Source of the DNA: Sodalis sp. (in: enterobacteria)
GTDB lineage: Bacteria; Pseudomonadota; Gammaproteobacteria; Enterobacterales; Enterobacteriaceae
Direction: 5' to 3'
DNA length: 50,625 bases
Assembly (NCBI RefSeq): GCF_047607725.1
Contig: NZ_JBLKSS010000008.1
Span: forward strand, 1 to 50,625
Positions within the stretch are counted from its first letter, which is position 1; each line of letters begins with the position of its first letter. This document shows, piece after piece, positions 42,837 through 50,625 of the stretch. The notes beneath the pieces were generated by a model, which was given only the letters and a program-made list of their open reading frames with translations, ran no database searches and was not told the DNA's origin. Position numbers and translations under genes: made by a program.

Positions 42837-43757
42837 ATGAGTTGGATTGAACGAATTCTCAATAAGAGCACTATCACCCCGGCGCGCAGGGCGAACATTC
42901 CCGAGGGCGTATGGACCAAATGTGATAGCTGTGGCCAGGTGCTTTACCGCGCGGAGCTGGAGCGCAATCTGGAGGTCTGCCCCAAATGCGATCACCACAT
43001 GCGTATGACCGCGCGCGCGCGCCTGCACGCTTTCCTGGATAAAGGAAGCGAGTCCGAATTCGGTAGCGAGCTGGAGCCGAAAGATATCCTGAAATTCAGG
43101 GACTCGAAAAAGTATAAGGATCGCCTGGCGGCGGCCCAGAAAGCCACCGACGAGAAAGACGCGCTGGTGGTGATGAAAGGCACGCTATACGGCATGCCGG
43201 TGGTGGCCGCGTCCTTTGAATTTGCCTTTATCGGCGGCTCGATGTCCTCGGTGGTCGGCGCACGCTTTGTGTGCGCGGTGGAGCAGGCGATGGCGGACGA
43301 CTGTCCGCTGGTGTGCTTTTCCGCCAGCGGCGGCGCCCGCATGCAGGAAGCGCTGATGTCGCTGATGCAGATGGCCAAAACCAGCGCCGCGCTGGCCCGG
43401 CTGCGCGAGCGGCGGCTGCCCTATATTTCGGTGCTGACCGATCCCACCATGGGGGGCGTTTCGGCCAGTCTGGCAATGCTGGGAGATTTGAACGTCGCCG
43501 AGCCGAAAGCGCTGATTGGCTTTGCCGGTCCGCGCGTGATTGAACAGACGGTGCGTGAAAAACTGCCGGCCGGCTTTCAGCGCAGTGAATTTCTGCTGGA
43601 AAAGGGCGCCATTGATCTTATCGTGCACCGCCCGGAAATGCGTCTGCGTCTTGCCAGCCTGCTGGCGAAACTGACCAATCGGCCGCAGCCGCAGGATCAA
43701 CTGCCGCCCGAACCGCGCTCTGATGCGGTCCCGGGGGATCATCAGGACGAGGTCTAA
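42837..43757 (+). CDS. accD: acetyl-CoA carboxylase carboxyltransferase beta subunit
   Basis: 306 aa starting MSWIERIL, with the zinc ribbon CDSCGQVLY...CPKCDHH. Confidence 0.95.
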   Translation: MSWIERILNKSTITPARRANIPEGVWTKCDSCGQVLYRAELERNLEVCPKCDHHMRMTARARLHAFLDKGSESEFGSELEPKDILKFRDSKKYKDRLAAAQKATDEKDALVVMKGTLYGMPVVAASFEFAFIGGSMSSVVGARFVCAVEQAMADDCPLVCFSASGGARMQEALMSLMQMAKTSAALARLRERRLPYISVLTDPTMGGVSASLAMLGDLNVAEPKALIGFAGPRVIEQTVREKLPAGFQRSEFLLEKGAIDLIVHRPEMRLRLASLLAKLTNRPQPQDQLPPEPRSDAVPGDHQDEV

Positions 43758-43841
43758 ACGGACGGCGCAAGCCTGCCCGCGGCCATCTGCCGGGGCGGGG
43801 CAGGCTTAGTGAGAACCTAGCATAAGCCAATGAACGGACGT

Positions 43842-45113
43842 ATGGAAAATCTGCCTATCCCTCAAGCCCCGTCGCCACTGGCCGCGTGGCTTTATTATCT
43901 TGAACGTCTGCATGCCAAACCCATCGATCTGGGCCTGGAGCGGGTAAGCCATGTGGCCACCGGCCTGAATTTGCTGCGCCCGGCTTCCTGGGTCATTACC
44001 GTCGGCGGCACCAACGGCAAAGGCACCACCTGCCGGCTGCTGGAAGCCATCTTGCTGGCCAGCGGCATGCGGGTCGGGGTCTATAGCTCACCACATTTGC
44101 TGCGCTACACCGAACGGGTGCGTATCCAGGGCGGCGAATTGCCGGAAGCCGCCCATAGCGAAGCGATGGCGGTTATCGAAGCCGGCCGCGGCTCAACCTC
44201 CCTTAGCTATTTCGAGTTCGGCACGCTCACGGCGCTGCAGCTGTTCCGGCAAGCGTCGCTGGATGTGGTGATCCTCGAGGTCGGGCTGGGGGGACGGCTG
44301 GACGCCACCAATATCGTTGACCCCGACGTCGCCGTGATCACCTCCATCGCACTCGATCATACCGATTGGCTGGGGCCGGATCGCGCCAGTATCGCGCTGG
44401 AAAAAGCCGGCATCTTCCGTCGCGGCAGACCGGCGGTTGTGGGTGAGCCCGATCGGCCGGCGACGCTCGACGCCGCCGCGGCCGATAGCGGCGCGGTCCT
44501 GTACGCCCGCGATCGCGATTGGTGGTGGCACAACGACGGCCAGCACTGGCGCTGGTGGGACGGCTTGCGCGATCTCACGTCGCTGCCGCTGCCTGCCATT
44601 CCCCTGGAAAATGCCGCCACTGCGTTGGCCTCTGTCGGCCGCCTGCCGTTCGCGGTGCCGGAGGCGGCGGTACGCCAAGGATTGCGCGAGGCCGCGCTGC
44701 CGGGACGTTTCCAGTGTATCGGCCAAGCGCCGCTAACGATACTGGACGTGGCGCACAACCCCCACGCCGCCGGCTATCTGGCCCGGCGTCTGGCGGCGCT
44801 GCCCCGCACCGGTAAGGTGCGGGCGGTGGTCGGCATGCTGGCGGATAAAGATATCGCCGGCACGCTCGCGTGTCTGCGCGGGCAGGTGGATGTCTGGTAT
44901 TGCGCCTCCCTTGACGCGCCGCGCGCCGCCAGCGCCGCGCAGCTGGCCGCCCATCTTGACAGAGACGCGCAACGGTTCGAGGATGTGCTAAGCGCCTGGC
45001 ATCAGGCCATAGCGGACGCCGCGCCGGAGGGTTGTGTGCTGGTTTTCGGCTCTTTCCATACCGTGGCACCGGTCATGGCGCTGGCTGAAAGGGAGAATTA
45101 TTGTGGCGAGTAA
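43842..45113 (+). CDS. folC: dihydrofolate synthase/folylpolyglutamate synthase
   Basis: 423 aa from ATG 43842 (aligns with the E. coli FolC N-terminus; an alternative ATG is at 43830). Contains the P-loop GTNGKGTT. Confidence 0.9.
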   Translation: MENLPIPQAPSPLAAWLYYLERLHAKPIDLGLERVSHVATGLNLLRPASWVITVGGTNGKGTTCRLLEAILLASGMRVGVYSSPHLLRYTERVRIQGGELPEAAHSEAMAVIEAGRGSTSLSYFEFGTLTALQLFRQASLDVVILEVGLGGRLDATNIVDPDVAVITSIALDHTDWLGPDRASIALEKAGIFRRGRPAVVGEPDRPATLDAAAADSGAVLYARDRDWWWHNDGQHWRWWDGLRDLTSLPLPAIPLENAATALASVGRLPFAVPEAAVRQGLREAALPGRFQCIGQAPLTILDVAHNPHAAGYLARRLAALPRTGKVRAVVGMLADKDIAGTLACLRGQVDVWYCASLDAPRAASAAQLAAHLDRDAQRFEDVLSAWHQAIADAAPEGCVLVFGSFHTVAPVMALAERENYCGE

Positions 45114-45798
45114 ATTTCAGAACCGCCTGGTGGGGACCATTATTCTTGTCGCCCTTGGCGTCATCATTCTGCCCGCTCTGCTGGACGGTAAAAAGAAACA
45201 CTATCAGGACGAGTTTGCCGCCATTTCGCTGGTGCCGAAGCCCGGCGATAGCAATGAGCTCGATGCGACGCCGTCAGCCAGCCAGCAACTGCCGAGCCAG
45301 CCGCCGGAAGGGGCGGGAGAAGCGGTAGAACAATCCAGCCGGCCGGCCGATAGCGGTCAGCCAGCGGCGCCGTTGCACGACGCCGCCAGCAGTTCCCGCC
45401 AGCCGGAAACCGTGGTGCCGCCGGAGATGAAAACCACGCCGCCCGCGGCGGTCAAGCCTGAGCCCAAACGGGCCGCGCGGCCGGAGAGCAAACCGGTGCC
45501 CAAACCGCAGGCGCCGAAGCACGACAATGGACTGGCCGCCGAGCAGGCGCCGAAGGGGCAGGCGTGGGTGGTGCAGTTGGGCGCGCTGAAAAACACCGAT
45601 AAAGTGTCGGAAATCGTCGCTAAGCTGCGGCGGTCGGGCTATCGCGTTTATACCTCGCCGTCGGCGCCGGTACAGGGGCAGATTACGCGGATATTTGTTG
45701 GCCCGGATGCATCCAAGGAAAAACTGCAATTCGCGCTCGGCGAATTGAATCAATTGAGCGGCCTTAACGGCCAATTGCGACCTTATAGCGTACGCTAA
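45103..45798 (+). CDS. dedD: SPOR-domain cell-division protein DedD
   Basis: GTG 45103 (VASKFQNRLVGTIILVALG) overlaps the folC end. It has a Pro-rich linker and a C-terminal SPOR domain (WVVQLGALKN...GYRVYTSP). Confidence 0.9.
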   Translation: MASKFQNRLVGTIILVALGVIILPALLDGKKKHYQDEFAAISLVPKPGDSNELDATPSASQQLPSQPPEGAGEAVEQSSRPADSGQPAAPLHDAASSSRQPETVVPPEMKTTPPAAVKPEPKRAARPESKPVPKPQAPKHDNGLAAEQAPKGQAWVVQLGALKNTDKVSEIVAKLRRSGYRVYTSPSAPVQGQITRIFVGPDASKEKLQFALGELNQLSGLNGQLRPYSVR

Positions 45799-46026
45799 AC
45801 TTTTGCCGTTCCTCTGTGCGGGTGCGGCACAATGCCAAGGGGCCCGACGTGAGGCGGTGCCGTGGCGCGGGTTGTGACCATCACGCTTTGGCGCGGCAGG
45901 ATGCTCAGCCTTCTCCTCGCGGGGCGCTGGGCGGTCGGTCGGTGCGCCGCTTCGCGCTATCTGATTGCGGCGATTGGTTTTTTTTTAATCGCCGTTATTT
46001 ATTTAAACAGGGGGAATAAATCCCCT

Positions 46027-46042
46027 ACGCAAACGTTTTCTT
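46027..46042 (+). promoter_or_regulatory. PurR operator (pur box) of the cvpA-purF operon
   Basis: ACGCAAACGTTTTCTT is identical to the recalled E. coli purF operator. It lies 59 nt upstream of the cvpA ATG. Confidence 0.75.
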
Positions 46043-46100
46043 TTTCTGTTAGAATTCGCCGCGAACCAGCTGACCGGGCGAATGATCAAGGGATTCATGC

Positions 46101-46685
46101 ATGATCTGGGTTGATTACGTCATTATCGGCATCATTGTTTTTTCCGCTCTGGTGAGTCTGATTCGCGGGTTCGTGCGCGAGGCATTATCTTTAGTGACCT
46201 GGGCCAGTGCATTTTTTGTCGCTAGCCACTACTATAGTTACCTTGCGGTATACTTCACCCGTTTTGAAGAGCAGATGGTGCGCAACGGTATCGCGATTGC
46301 TCTGCTGTTCGTGGCGACCCTGATTGTTGGGGCGATCGTCAATTACGTAATTAGTTCGCTGGTGGAGCGGACCGATTTATCCGGCACCGACCGGGTGCTT
46401 GGCGTCTGTTTCGGCGCGCTGCGGGGCATTTTGATCGTGTCGGCGGCGCTGTTCTTTCTTGACACCTTCACCGGTTTCTCCCACAGCCAGGACTGGCAGC
46501 AGTCCCAGCTGATACCGCAATTCAGCGGTATCATCAGATGGTTTTTTGACTATCTGCAAAGCACGTCGAGTTCTTACCGAGGCAGTAGTTGTCCCGGTAA
46601 CGCTGATGAGGAAATGACAACATGTGCGGTATTGTCGGAATCGCCGGTTTTATGCCGGTCAACCAGTCTATCTATGATGCATTAA
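46101..46685 (+). CDS. cvpA: colicin V production protein CvpA, with a 3'-terminal frameshift
   Basis: Collinear with E. coli CvpA to ...[10 protein letters not shown]. The expected ending FLPRQ-TAG (stop at 46586-46588) is in another frame. The actual ORF runs 32 extra codons and overlaps purF by 64 nt. Confidence 0.85.
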   Translation: MIWVDYVIIGIIVFSALVSLIRGFVREALSLVTWASAFFVASHYYSYLAVYFTRFEEQMVRNGIAIALLFVATLIVGAIVNYVISSLVERTDLSGTDRVLGVCFGALRGILIVSAALFFLDTFTGFSHSQDWQQSQLIPQFSGIIRWFFDYLQSTSSSYRGSSCPGNADEEMTTCAVLSESPVLCRSTSLSMMH

Positions 46686-48139
46686 CGGTGTTGCAGCACC
46701 GTGGGCAGGATGCGGCAGGCATCGTTACCATTGATGCATTAAATTGCTTTCGCCTGCGTAAAGCCAATGGACTGGTTAAGGATGTTTTCGAGGCCCGGCA
46801 TATGCAACGCTTGCAGGGCAATATGGGCGTGGGCCATGTCCGCTACCCGACCGCCGGCAGCTCCAGCGCCTCCGAGGCGCAGCCGTTCTACGTCAACTCC
46901 CCGTTCGGCATCACCCTGGCGCACAACGGTAACCTGACCAACGCCCCCGAATTGCGTAAAAAGCTGTTTGAAAATGGTCGGCGCCATGTCAATACCACCT
47001 CCGACTCGGAAATCCTGCTTAACATCTTCGCCGCGGAGCTGGATCGTTTCCCGGATTACCCGCTGGAGGCGGACAACATTTTCGCGGCGGTGGCGGCGAC
47101 CCATCAGCAAATCCGCGGTGCCTACGCCTGCGTCGGCATGATAATCGGCCACGGCCTGTTTGCTTTTCGCGATCCCAACGGCATCCGCCCTCTGGTTATC
47201 GGCAAACGCACGCTGGCGGACGGGCGCAATGAGTATATCGTGGCCTCCGAAAGCGTGGCGCTGGATACGCTAGGATTCGATTTCCTGCGCGACATCGCGC
47301 CGGGCGAGGCGGTGTACGTCACGGAAAAAAGGCAGCTGTTTACCCGGCAGTGCGTCGAGAACCCCCGGCATCATCCGTGCCTGTTCGAGTATGTCTATTT
47401 CGCCCGGCCGGATTCGTTCATCGATAAAATTTCGGTCTACAGTGCCCGCGTGCGCATGGGCCAGATGCTGGGCAAGAAAATCGCCCGCGAGTGGGAAGAT
47501 CTCGATATCGATGTGGTGATCTCGATTCCGGAAACCTCCTGCGATATCGCGCTGGAGATAGCCCGCATCCTCAACAAACCCTATCGTCAGGGTTTTGTGA
47601 AAAACCGTTACGTCGGCCGCACCTTTATCATGCCCGGTCAGCAAGTCCGCCGGCAGTCGGTACGTCGTAAGCTCAACGCCAACCGCGCCGAATTCCGCGA
47701 CAAAAATGTGCTGTTGGTGGACGACTCCATCGTGCGCGGTACGACCTCGGAGCAAATCGTTGAAATGGCGCGCGAGGCGGGCGCCCGCCACGTTTACCTG
47801 GCCTCCGCCGCGCCGGAAATCCGCTTCCCGAACGTGTACGGCATCGATATGCCCAGCGCGTCCGGGCTGATTGCCCACGGTCGTGAGGTGGACGAAATCC
47901 GGCAGCTTATCGGCGCTGATGCACTGATATTCCAGGATTTGGCCGATTTGGAACGGGCGGTGCGGGAAGATAATCCCGACGTGGAGCAATTTGAATCCTC
48001 GGTATTTAACGGTATCTACGTCACGCGTGACGTGGATCAGCGCTATCTCGATTATCTGGAGTCGCTGCGCAACGATGATTCCAAAGCGCTGCGCGCCCAG
48101 ACTGAGGTCGAAAACCTGGAAATACATAACGAAGGTTGA
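46622..48139 (+). CDS. purF: amidophosphoribosyltransferase
   Basis: 505 aa starting MCGIVGIAG (N-terminal Cys nucleophile). Same length as E. coli PurF. Confidence 0.95.
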   Translation: MCGIVGIAGFMPVNQSIYDALTVLQHRGQDAAGIVTIDALNCFRLRKANGLVKDVFEARHMQRLQGNMGVGHVRYPTAGSSSASEAQPFYVNSPFGITLAHNGNLTNAPELRKKLFENGRRHVNTTSDSEILLNIFAAELDRFPDYPLEADNIFAAVAATHQQIRGAYACVGMIIGHGLFAFRDPNGIRPLVIGKRTLADGRNEYIVASESVALDTLGFDFLRDIAPGEAVYVTEKRQLFTRQCVENPRHHPCLFEYVYFARPDSFIDKISVYSARVRMGQMLGKKIAREWEDLDIDVVISIPETSCDIALEIARILNKPYRQGFVKNRYVGRTFIMPGQQVRRQSVRRKLNANRAEFRDKNVLLVDDSIVRGTTSEQIVEMAREAGARHVYLASAAPEIRFPNVYGIDMPSASGLIAHGREVDEIRQLIGADALIFQDLADLERAVREDNPDVEQFESSVFNGIYVTRDVDQRYLDYLESLRNDDSKALRAQTEVENLEIHNEG

Positions 48140-48147
48140 TCGGTACC

Positions 48148-48183
48148 GCGCGGGTACAGTAGGCTGTGCCGCTGTACCCGCGC
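48148..48183. repeat. perfect 12-bp-stem hairpin (GCGCGGGTACAG / CTGTACCCGCGC, 12-nt loop) just after purF
   Basis: Read directly. It is REP-like or part of a compound terminator. Confidence 0.6.
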
Positions 48184-48206
48184 TTTATGGTAACTGGTCA
48201 TCTCTA

Positions 48207-48236
48207 CCCGGGCGGTCAAACGCGCCGGGTTTTTTT
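48207..48236 (+). terminator. rho-independent terminator of cvpA-purF
   Basis: GC-rich stem CCCGGGCGG...CGCGCCGGG, followed by a T7 run (48230-48236). Confidence 0.7.
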
Positions 48237-48266
48237 ATCGTCTTTCCTACTGGCGGGAGTTGAGGT

Positions 48267-48836
48267 ATGAAACGTCTGATTGTCGGTATCAGCGGCGCCA
48301 GCGGCGCCGTGTATGGCGTCCGCCTGCTACAGGTGCTGAGCACGCTGCCGGAGATTGAAACCCATCTGGTCATGAGCCCGGCCGCGCGGCAAACCCTGGC
48401 GCTGGAGACGACGTATAGCCTGCGCGAAGTGCAGGCGCTGGCGGATGTGGTGCATGATTCCCGCGACATTGCCGCCAGCATCAGCTCTGGTTCATTCCAG
48501 ACCCTCGGGATGGTTATCCTGCCCTGTTCGATGAAAACCCTCTCCGGTATCGTCAATAGCTACAGCGATGGGCTGCTGACGCGCGCGGCGGATGTGGTGC
48601 TAAAGGAGCGGCGCCGGTTGGTGCTCGGGGTGCGTGAAACGCCGTTGCATCTGGGCCACCTGCGCCTGATGACCCTGGTGGCCGAGCTCGGCGCGGTCAT
48701 CATGCCCCCGGTTCCGGCCTTTTATCACCGGCCCGCCCAGGTCAGCGACATCATAGACCAAACGGTCAACCGCACGCTGGATCAATTCGATCTGGTACTG
48801 CCGCAAGATCTGTTTCAGCGTTGGCAGGGCGACTGA
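48267..48836 (+). CDS. ubiX: flavin prenyltransferase UbiX
   Basis: 189 aa starting MKRLIVGISGASGAVYGVRLL. Same length as E. coli UbiX. Confidence 0.95.
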   Translation: MKRLIVGISGASGAVYGVRLLQVLSTLPEIETHLVMSPAARQTLALETTYSLREVQALADVVHDSRDIAASISSGSFQTLGMVILPCSMKTLSGIVNSYSDGLLTRAADVVLKERRRLVLGVRETPLHLGHLRLMTLVAELGAVIMPPVPAFYHRPAQVSDIIDQTVNRTLDQFDLVLPQDLFQRWQGD

Positions 48837-48978
48837 CGCCAGCGGCCAGGCATATACCCAATTTAGCAATAATTCGTATAATAATTGTTAATTAAAATAA
48901 CATTTATTAAATAATGAATATGCTGGGTAAATGGATGGTGCAGCGCCGCCGCGTTCAGCGCGTACGCGGCGCGACACA

Positions 48979-48994
48979 TGGCATGAAATGTGCA
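48979..48994 (+). promoter_or_regulatory. putative sigma54 (-24/-12) promoter upstream of the binding-protein gene
   Basis: TGGCATGAAATGTGCA matches TGGCAC-N5-TTGCA, with GG and GC at the correct 10-nt offset. It lies about 65 nt upstream of ATG 49059. Confidence 0.55.
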
Positions 48995-49058
48995 ATGGTT
49001 CCGGCGGAAAAGGACACACGCTATGCCGGGCAATGAATAATTATACTGAGGGTCATTT

Positions 49059-49811
49059 ATGAAAAAGCTGGTAAAAGTTCTTCCTTTGGTGGCGGCGCTG
49101 GCTTACGCGGGCAGCGCGTTTGCCGCAGTACCCAAAAACATCAAAATTGGCACCGATCCGACCTATGCCCCTTTTGAATCGAAAAACGCCAGCGGCGAGC
49201 TGGTCGGTTTCGACATCGATTTGGCCAAAGATCTGTGTAAACGTATTGAGGCCAAGTATACCTTCGTCGAAAGCGATTTCGATGCGCTGATCCCGTCGCT
49301 GAATGCGAAAAAAATCGACGCAATTATCTCCTCGTTGTCGATCACCGAAAAACGCCAGCAGGAAATCGACTTTACCGATAAGCTTTACGCCGCCAACGCG
49401 CGCCTGATCGCCAAAGCCGGCAGCCCGATTACCCCGCCGCTGGACTCCCTGCACGGCAAACGCGTGGGCGTATTGCAGGGGGCGACCCAGGAAGCCTACG
49501 CCAATGCGATGTGGCAGCCGAAGGGAGTGGATGTGGTCGCCTATCAAAACCAGGATCTCATCTATGCCGATTTGACCTCCGGCCGTATCGATGCGGCATT
49601 TCAAGACGAAGTCGCCGGCTGCGAAGGCTTCCTGAAACAGTCCGCGGGCAAAGGCTATAGTTTCGCCGGTCCAGCGGTGAAAGACGACAAATTCTTCGGC
49701 GTCGGTACCGGCATGGGATTGCGTAAAGACGAAACCGATTTGAAAGACGCGCTGAATAAAGCCTTCACCGAGATGCGTAAGGATGGGACTTACGAGAAAT
49801 ACGCGAAATAA
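49059..49811 (+). pseudogene. hisJ: periplasmic His/Lys-Arg-Orn binding protein (HisJ/ArgT family), with a premature stop 10 codons before the native stop
   Basis: 250 aa ending ...[11 protein letters not shown]. The frame then continues YFDFDVYGG-TAA (49839-49841), the conserved family C-terminus, which implies AAA to TAA. Confidence 0.75.
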
Positions 49812-49858
49812 TATTTTGATTTTGACGTCTACGGTGGTTAATCCTGTCATAGAGCAAC

Positions 49859-49878
49859 GGCCCGTGGTGTCACGGGCC
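49859..49878 (+). other. intercistronic stem-loop between hisJ and hisQ (GGCCCGTG-GTGT-CACGGGCC)
   Basis: Perfect 8-bp stem at the position where Salmonella and E. coli carry the classic hisJ-hisQ REP element. Confidence 0.55.
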
Positions 49879-49916
49879 ACGCCGGTATTTCTCCTCCGCC
49901 AGGACAGATATGATCG

Positions 49917-50467
49917 ATGCTTTTTGGTTATTCGCAATTAATTATCAACGGCGCGCTGGTGACGCTTGAGCTGGCGCTCAGCTCCGTTTTACTGTCGGTG
50001 GTCATCGGTCTTATCGGCGCCGGCGCCAAACTTTCCCGCAGCAGCGTGTTGGCGTGCTGCTTTGAAGGCTATACCACTCTGATTCGCGGCGTGCCCGACC
50101 TGGTGCTCATGCTGCTGATTTTTTACGGTTTGCAAATCGCCCTGAACAGCCTGACGGAAGCCGTCGGTCTGGATCAGATCTATATCGCCCCGATGAGCGC
50201 AGGCATTATCACGCTGGGTTTTATCTACGGGGCCTATTTCACGGAAACCTTCCGCGGGGCGTTTTTGGCGGTGCCGCGCGGTTAAATCGAAGCGGCCACC
50301 GCGTTTGGTTTCAGCGGCGCGCAGACCTTCAGACGCATTCTGTTTCCCGCCATGATGCGCTTCGCGCTGCCCGGTATCGGCAATAATTGGCAGGTTATTT
50401 TAAAGGCCACCGCCTTGGTATCGCTGCTGGGGTTGAATGACGTCGTGTAGGCCACCCAACTGGCGGG
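49917..50467 (+). pseudogene. hisQ: histidine ABC transporter permease HisQ, with two in-frame stops and truncation by an IS66 insertion
   Basis: Starts MLFGYSQLIINGALVTLELA. There is a TAA at 50283-50285 (VPRG*IEAATAFGF) and a TAG at 50448-50450 (DVV*ATQLAG). Coding similarity ends at the IS end at 50468. Confidence 0.9.
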
Positions 50468-50625
50468 GTAAGCGTACGCCCAGTGCCGTCTGTTAATTCC
50501 CCATCAAGTTATTGAAGATGATGTCCATTATTTTTTTAATGGGCGCAATTCATGAAACAAACCCCACCAAAACCCTCAAGACGTCGGCCCAATTTCCCGC
50601 TGGACTTTAAAATTAAGCTGGTTGA
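50468..50625 (+). mobile_element. left end of an IS66-family insertion sequence (continues beyond the window)
   Basis: The terminal IR GTAAGCGTACGCCCAGTGCCGT matches the IR at 24813-24834. It interrupts hisQ. Confidence 0.85.
50552..50625 (+). CDS. IS66 accessory ORF (TnpA-like), 5' part only
   Basis: Starts MKQTPPKPSRRRPNFPLDFKIKLV, typical of the first small ORF of IS66/IS3-like elements. It is cut by the window edge. Confidence 0.6.
   Translation, partial: MKQTPPKPSRRRPNFPLDFKIKLV

Noticed and set aside
45862-46104. An 80-aa ORF in the dedD-cvpA intergenic region.
   Set aside because: It overlaps the PurR box and promoter of cvpA-purF and has no homology features. The region is the normal regulatory spacer.

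Overview
This 50.6-kb chromosomal window comes from a GC-rich member of the Enterobacterales. Proteins and local gene order are E. coli-like. The high density of frameshifted or nonsense-interrupted genes, together with IS66-family elements, suggests a recently host-restricted Sodalis-like symbiont; that organism assignment is inference only.

The window is a mosaic of three blocks that lie far apart in E. coli K-12:
- Block A (567-8061): aroK-aroB-damX-dam-rpe-gph-trpS, then codA.
- Block B (12629-24358): yfhL-acpS-pdxJ-recO-era-rnc-lepB-lepA-rseCBA-rpoE-nadB.
- Block C (27174-50467): smrB-prmB-aroC-mepA-yfcA-epmC-yfcL-mnmC-fabB-yfcJ-flk-pdxB-usg-truA-dedA-accD-folC-dedD-cvpA-purF-ubiX-hisJ-hisQ.

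The A/B junction carries a truncated MocR-type regulator gene, a 340-bp MITE with 49-bp IS66-like inverted repeats, and an AT-richer remnant of about 3.5 kb encoding an integrase, an excisionase and an SNF2 helicase. The B/C junction carries an IS66 transposase remnant and a low-GC, inactivated gtrB/gtrC-like glucosylation module. The window ends inside a second IS66 copy that splits hisQ.

About 17 of roughly 55 genes are visibly damaged: damX, the mocR-like gene, the era tail, nadB, gtrB, gtrC, smrB, mepA, yfcA, epmC, mnmC, yfcJ, flk, the cvpA tail, hisJ, hisQ and an IS66 tnp. Many lesions sit at homopolymer runs, so sequencing error must be excluded. Recognisable regulatory sites are a sigmaE promoter for rpoE, FadR and FabR sites at fabB, a PurR box at cvpA-purF, and a sigma54 promoter at hisJ/argT.

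I saw no rRNA, tRNA or CRISPR array, and I did not find a convincing novel multi-gene system. The most notable items are:
- a phased GATC-containing repeat array at 81-172;
- the mini-island at the A/B junction;
- era truncated, with a perfectly conserved out-of-frame tail;
- a compensated double frameshift that hides smrB inactivation;
- full-length ORFs that appear to lack catalytic residues (usg, the SNF2 helicase, the integrase).

All homology statements rest on my recollection of E. coli proteins, not on database searches.
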